This document shows positions 61,696 to 64,000 of a stretch of 64,000 nt of DNA, one piece after another. Both the position numbers and the translations under genes were made by a program. How positions within the stretch are numbered: position 1 is the first letter of the stretch; every line of letters starts with the position of its first letter. The notes under the pieces are model-generated. The model saw nothing but the letters and a program-made list of their open reading frames with translations, ran no database searches and was not told where the DNA came from. Source of the DNA: Malacoraja senta (taxonomy: Eukaryota); contig CM075996.1 in the NCBI GenBank assembly GCA_038087875.1, positions 2,172,001 through 2,236,000 on the forward strand. Direction: 5' to 3'.

Positions 61696-62409
61696 CCGTA
61701 CTTACTACAATACACAAGCTCCCAGTTTTTCAATGAGTCGATATTAACATGTCTATCTCCGTTTTTAAACCCCTCGACCCTCCCTCTCTGCAATCTTCTG
61801 CAGCCTTCGGAAGAGAACGTTGCACTTCTCAATGTGATTTCAAAATCCTGGAATCTAACCCGTTCACCACTGAAGGCAGTGTTTTTAGCAGCTTGGGCCC
61901 CGAGCTCTGCAAACTATTTCATCGGTCCACCTCTCACCCGTTAAGATGCTGCTTATAGATTTGGTTAAAGCCTATAGATTTGTCCTAGTGTCATCTAAAT
62001 TTAACTGATGCACAAACCGGGGTGTTTACCTGTGTGCTCCTTGCTAATATTTATCTATCACTAGATCTTTTTCCCATTGCTGTTTGTGGGAGCTTCCTTG
62101 TTCAAATTGGCTGTTGTGTTTGATACATCATGACTGTGGCTGCACTTTGAGCAAGACCTTCATAGCTGGCAAGATGTGGTGGGAGTCACTAAACAAGATG
62201 TTTTTCATAGTCCATGATCTAAATAGAAAGGAGATGCAGGAGTGGGAAATAAATTACCTGCTCTATAGTAATGGAGAACAAAGCCTTAGCAAAGTGCTCT
62301 ATGACCGCATAGTCATTATTTAATGTGGTGTAGATAGGGTGGCACAGTGGCATGGCGGGTACAGGCACAGCCTCAGCCTCAGAGCTCCAGGGATTCAGAT
62401 TCAATCCTG

Positions 62410-62760
62410 ATAGAGTCATAGTCATACAGTGATACAGTGTGGAAACAGGCCCTTCAGCCCAACTTGCCCACACCAACCAACATATCCCAGCTACACTCGT
62501 TCCACCTGCTTGCATTTGGTGCATATCCCTGCAAACCTGGCTTATCCATGTACCTGTCTAACTGTTTCTTAAATGTTGGGATAGTCCCAGCCTCAACTAC
62601 CTCCTCTGGCAGCTTGTTCCATACACCCACCACCCTTTGTGTGAAAAAGTTACACCTCAGATTCCTATTAAATCTTTTCCCCTCCACCTTGAACCTATGT
62701 CCTCTGGTGCTCGATTCACCCCTTCCCTGGGCAGGAGACTCATGATGCACTCCTCTCCTG
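62410..62760 (-). mobile_element. CR1 LINE 3' fragment
   Basis: GESSTRGHRFKVEGKRFNRNLRCNFFTQRVVGVWNKLP and a (ctatga)n tail. Confidence 0.85.
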
Positions 62761-64000
62761 ATTTTACACACCTCTCCCTGTGACCATGTGGGTTCACCCA
62801 GGTGCTCCGGTTTCCTCCCACGTCTCAAAGACGCGCAGGTCGGTGGGATAATTGGCGTTTGTAAATAATCTCCAGCGTGTAGGGGAGAGGTAGACTCAGG
62901 GGCAGGTTGATGGGGAAATGGGGAGACTAAAGTGTAGGATTGGTACCATTGGGTGCTGGGCGGTCGGCGTGGACTCGGAGGGCTGATGGGGTTATTTCTG
63001 TGCCACATCATCTGAGATGTCCAGCATCAACCAGCTTACAAAATAAGGGAGTCTTCACGCTCTTAATTTTAGCATTTAGCAACAACCGTTAACCACAGTG
63101 ACGGCGACTTGTAAGCCACACAGTAACGAAATGTTCAGACACAGGAAAACCGAAGCAAATATATCTGTCCCCATGGACACTGACCCCCATTAATTCTTCC
63201 TCTCAATAACAACTTGCGTGGAATAGGCATCTTTTGGCAGAGAGAAACCACTCCAAAGTAAATCGGGAGGTGACATTCGAGGCTGCTGATGCCAGGATCT
63301 GGAGCAAGAACAAACTACTGGAGGAGCTCAATGGACCCCGCGGGCACCCTCGTGGAGGCAGAGGCACGGTCAATGTTTTAGGCCTGGATCCAACCTCAGG
63401 ACTACAAACAACCTGGGCAGCAAGTTGACACCAGAGCAAAGGATGATATTTTTATGGAGTTTCTTAAGGGAGGAGGGAAGGAAAGGAGTTTAGGGAGGAG
63501 ATTGAAGAAGTTATGGAACCAGTCAGCAGAGGACAGGGCCATCTGAGGTGGATGTAGGGACTTGAGAATGGACATGATGGAATACAGGAGGAGTGTACAT
63601 CAGAAAAAGAGTCCCGGCCCGAAACATTATCTGTCCATTCCTTCCACAGATGCTGCCTGACCCATTGAGTTCCTCCATCACTTTGTGTTTTGCTCAATCA
63701 GGAGAAGTGTAGACCACAGCCCAGAGATCGGGCTTGTTCAATGCCAACCAACTTCTATTCTTTCATGCTGCTGAACAAATGCTGAGTGACGATGCCTTAC
63801 AAACCTGTGCACTGATTGATTCCCTCTGACCTTACGGAACCAAAACACTTTGTAGCAAGAACCTTTGGTACATGAGGTAGTAGATCTAAAGATTAATCTC
63901 AGCCTCCACAACCAGGTCAGTAAGGTCCATGATCTAAATAGATAGGAGACTTTGTGGGGATGCAGGAGTAGGAAAGAAATGACCTGCTCTATAATAATGG

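Overview
Eukaryotic (vertebrate) genomic DNA. The repeat content (HE1-type tRNA/V-SINEs, HER1/CR1 LINEs, Penelope-derived short elements) points to a cartilaginous fish, probably a skate or ray; the species cannot be fixed from sequence alone. The main genic content is the 3' part of a spliced + strand gene that I read as FLT3 ligand (FLT3LG). Its coding exons are 1-45 (cut by the window edge), 1332-1475, 4357-4498, 5742-6364 and 7465-7554, all with compatible splice phases, giving about 347 aa in the window. The exons carry the Flt3L cysteine/helix pattern, but with a ~180-aa mucin-like stalk and two extra cysteines. A probable 3'UTR exon runs 8529 to ~10845. A CpG-rich, repeat-poor block at ~37.7-42.6 kb looks like the promoter, first exon and first intron of an unidentified second gene; I found no convincing coding exon for it. 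The rest is dense in repeats: a near full-length Rex1/Babar LINE, a 3.4-kb CR1 LINE and many CR1 fragments, L2 and L1/Tx1 tails, V-SINEs, hAT-like MITEs and microsatellites. There is also a very abundant family of Penelope-derived short elements carrying minimal hammerhead-ribozyme cores. Two 200-N assembly gaps are present. All comparisons with known proteins and repeat families were made by eye from recalled sequences; no database search was run.
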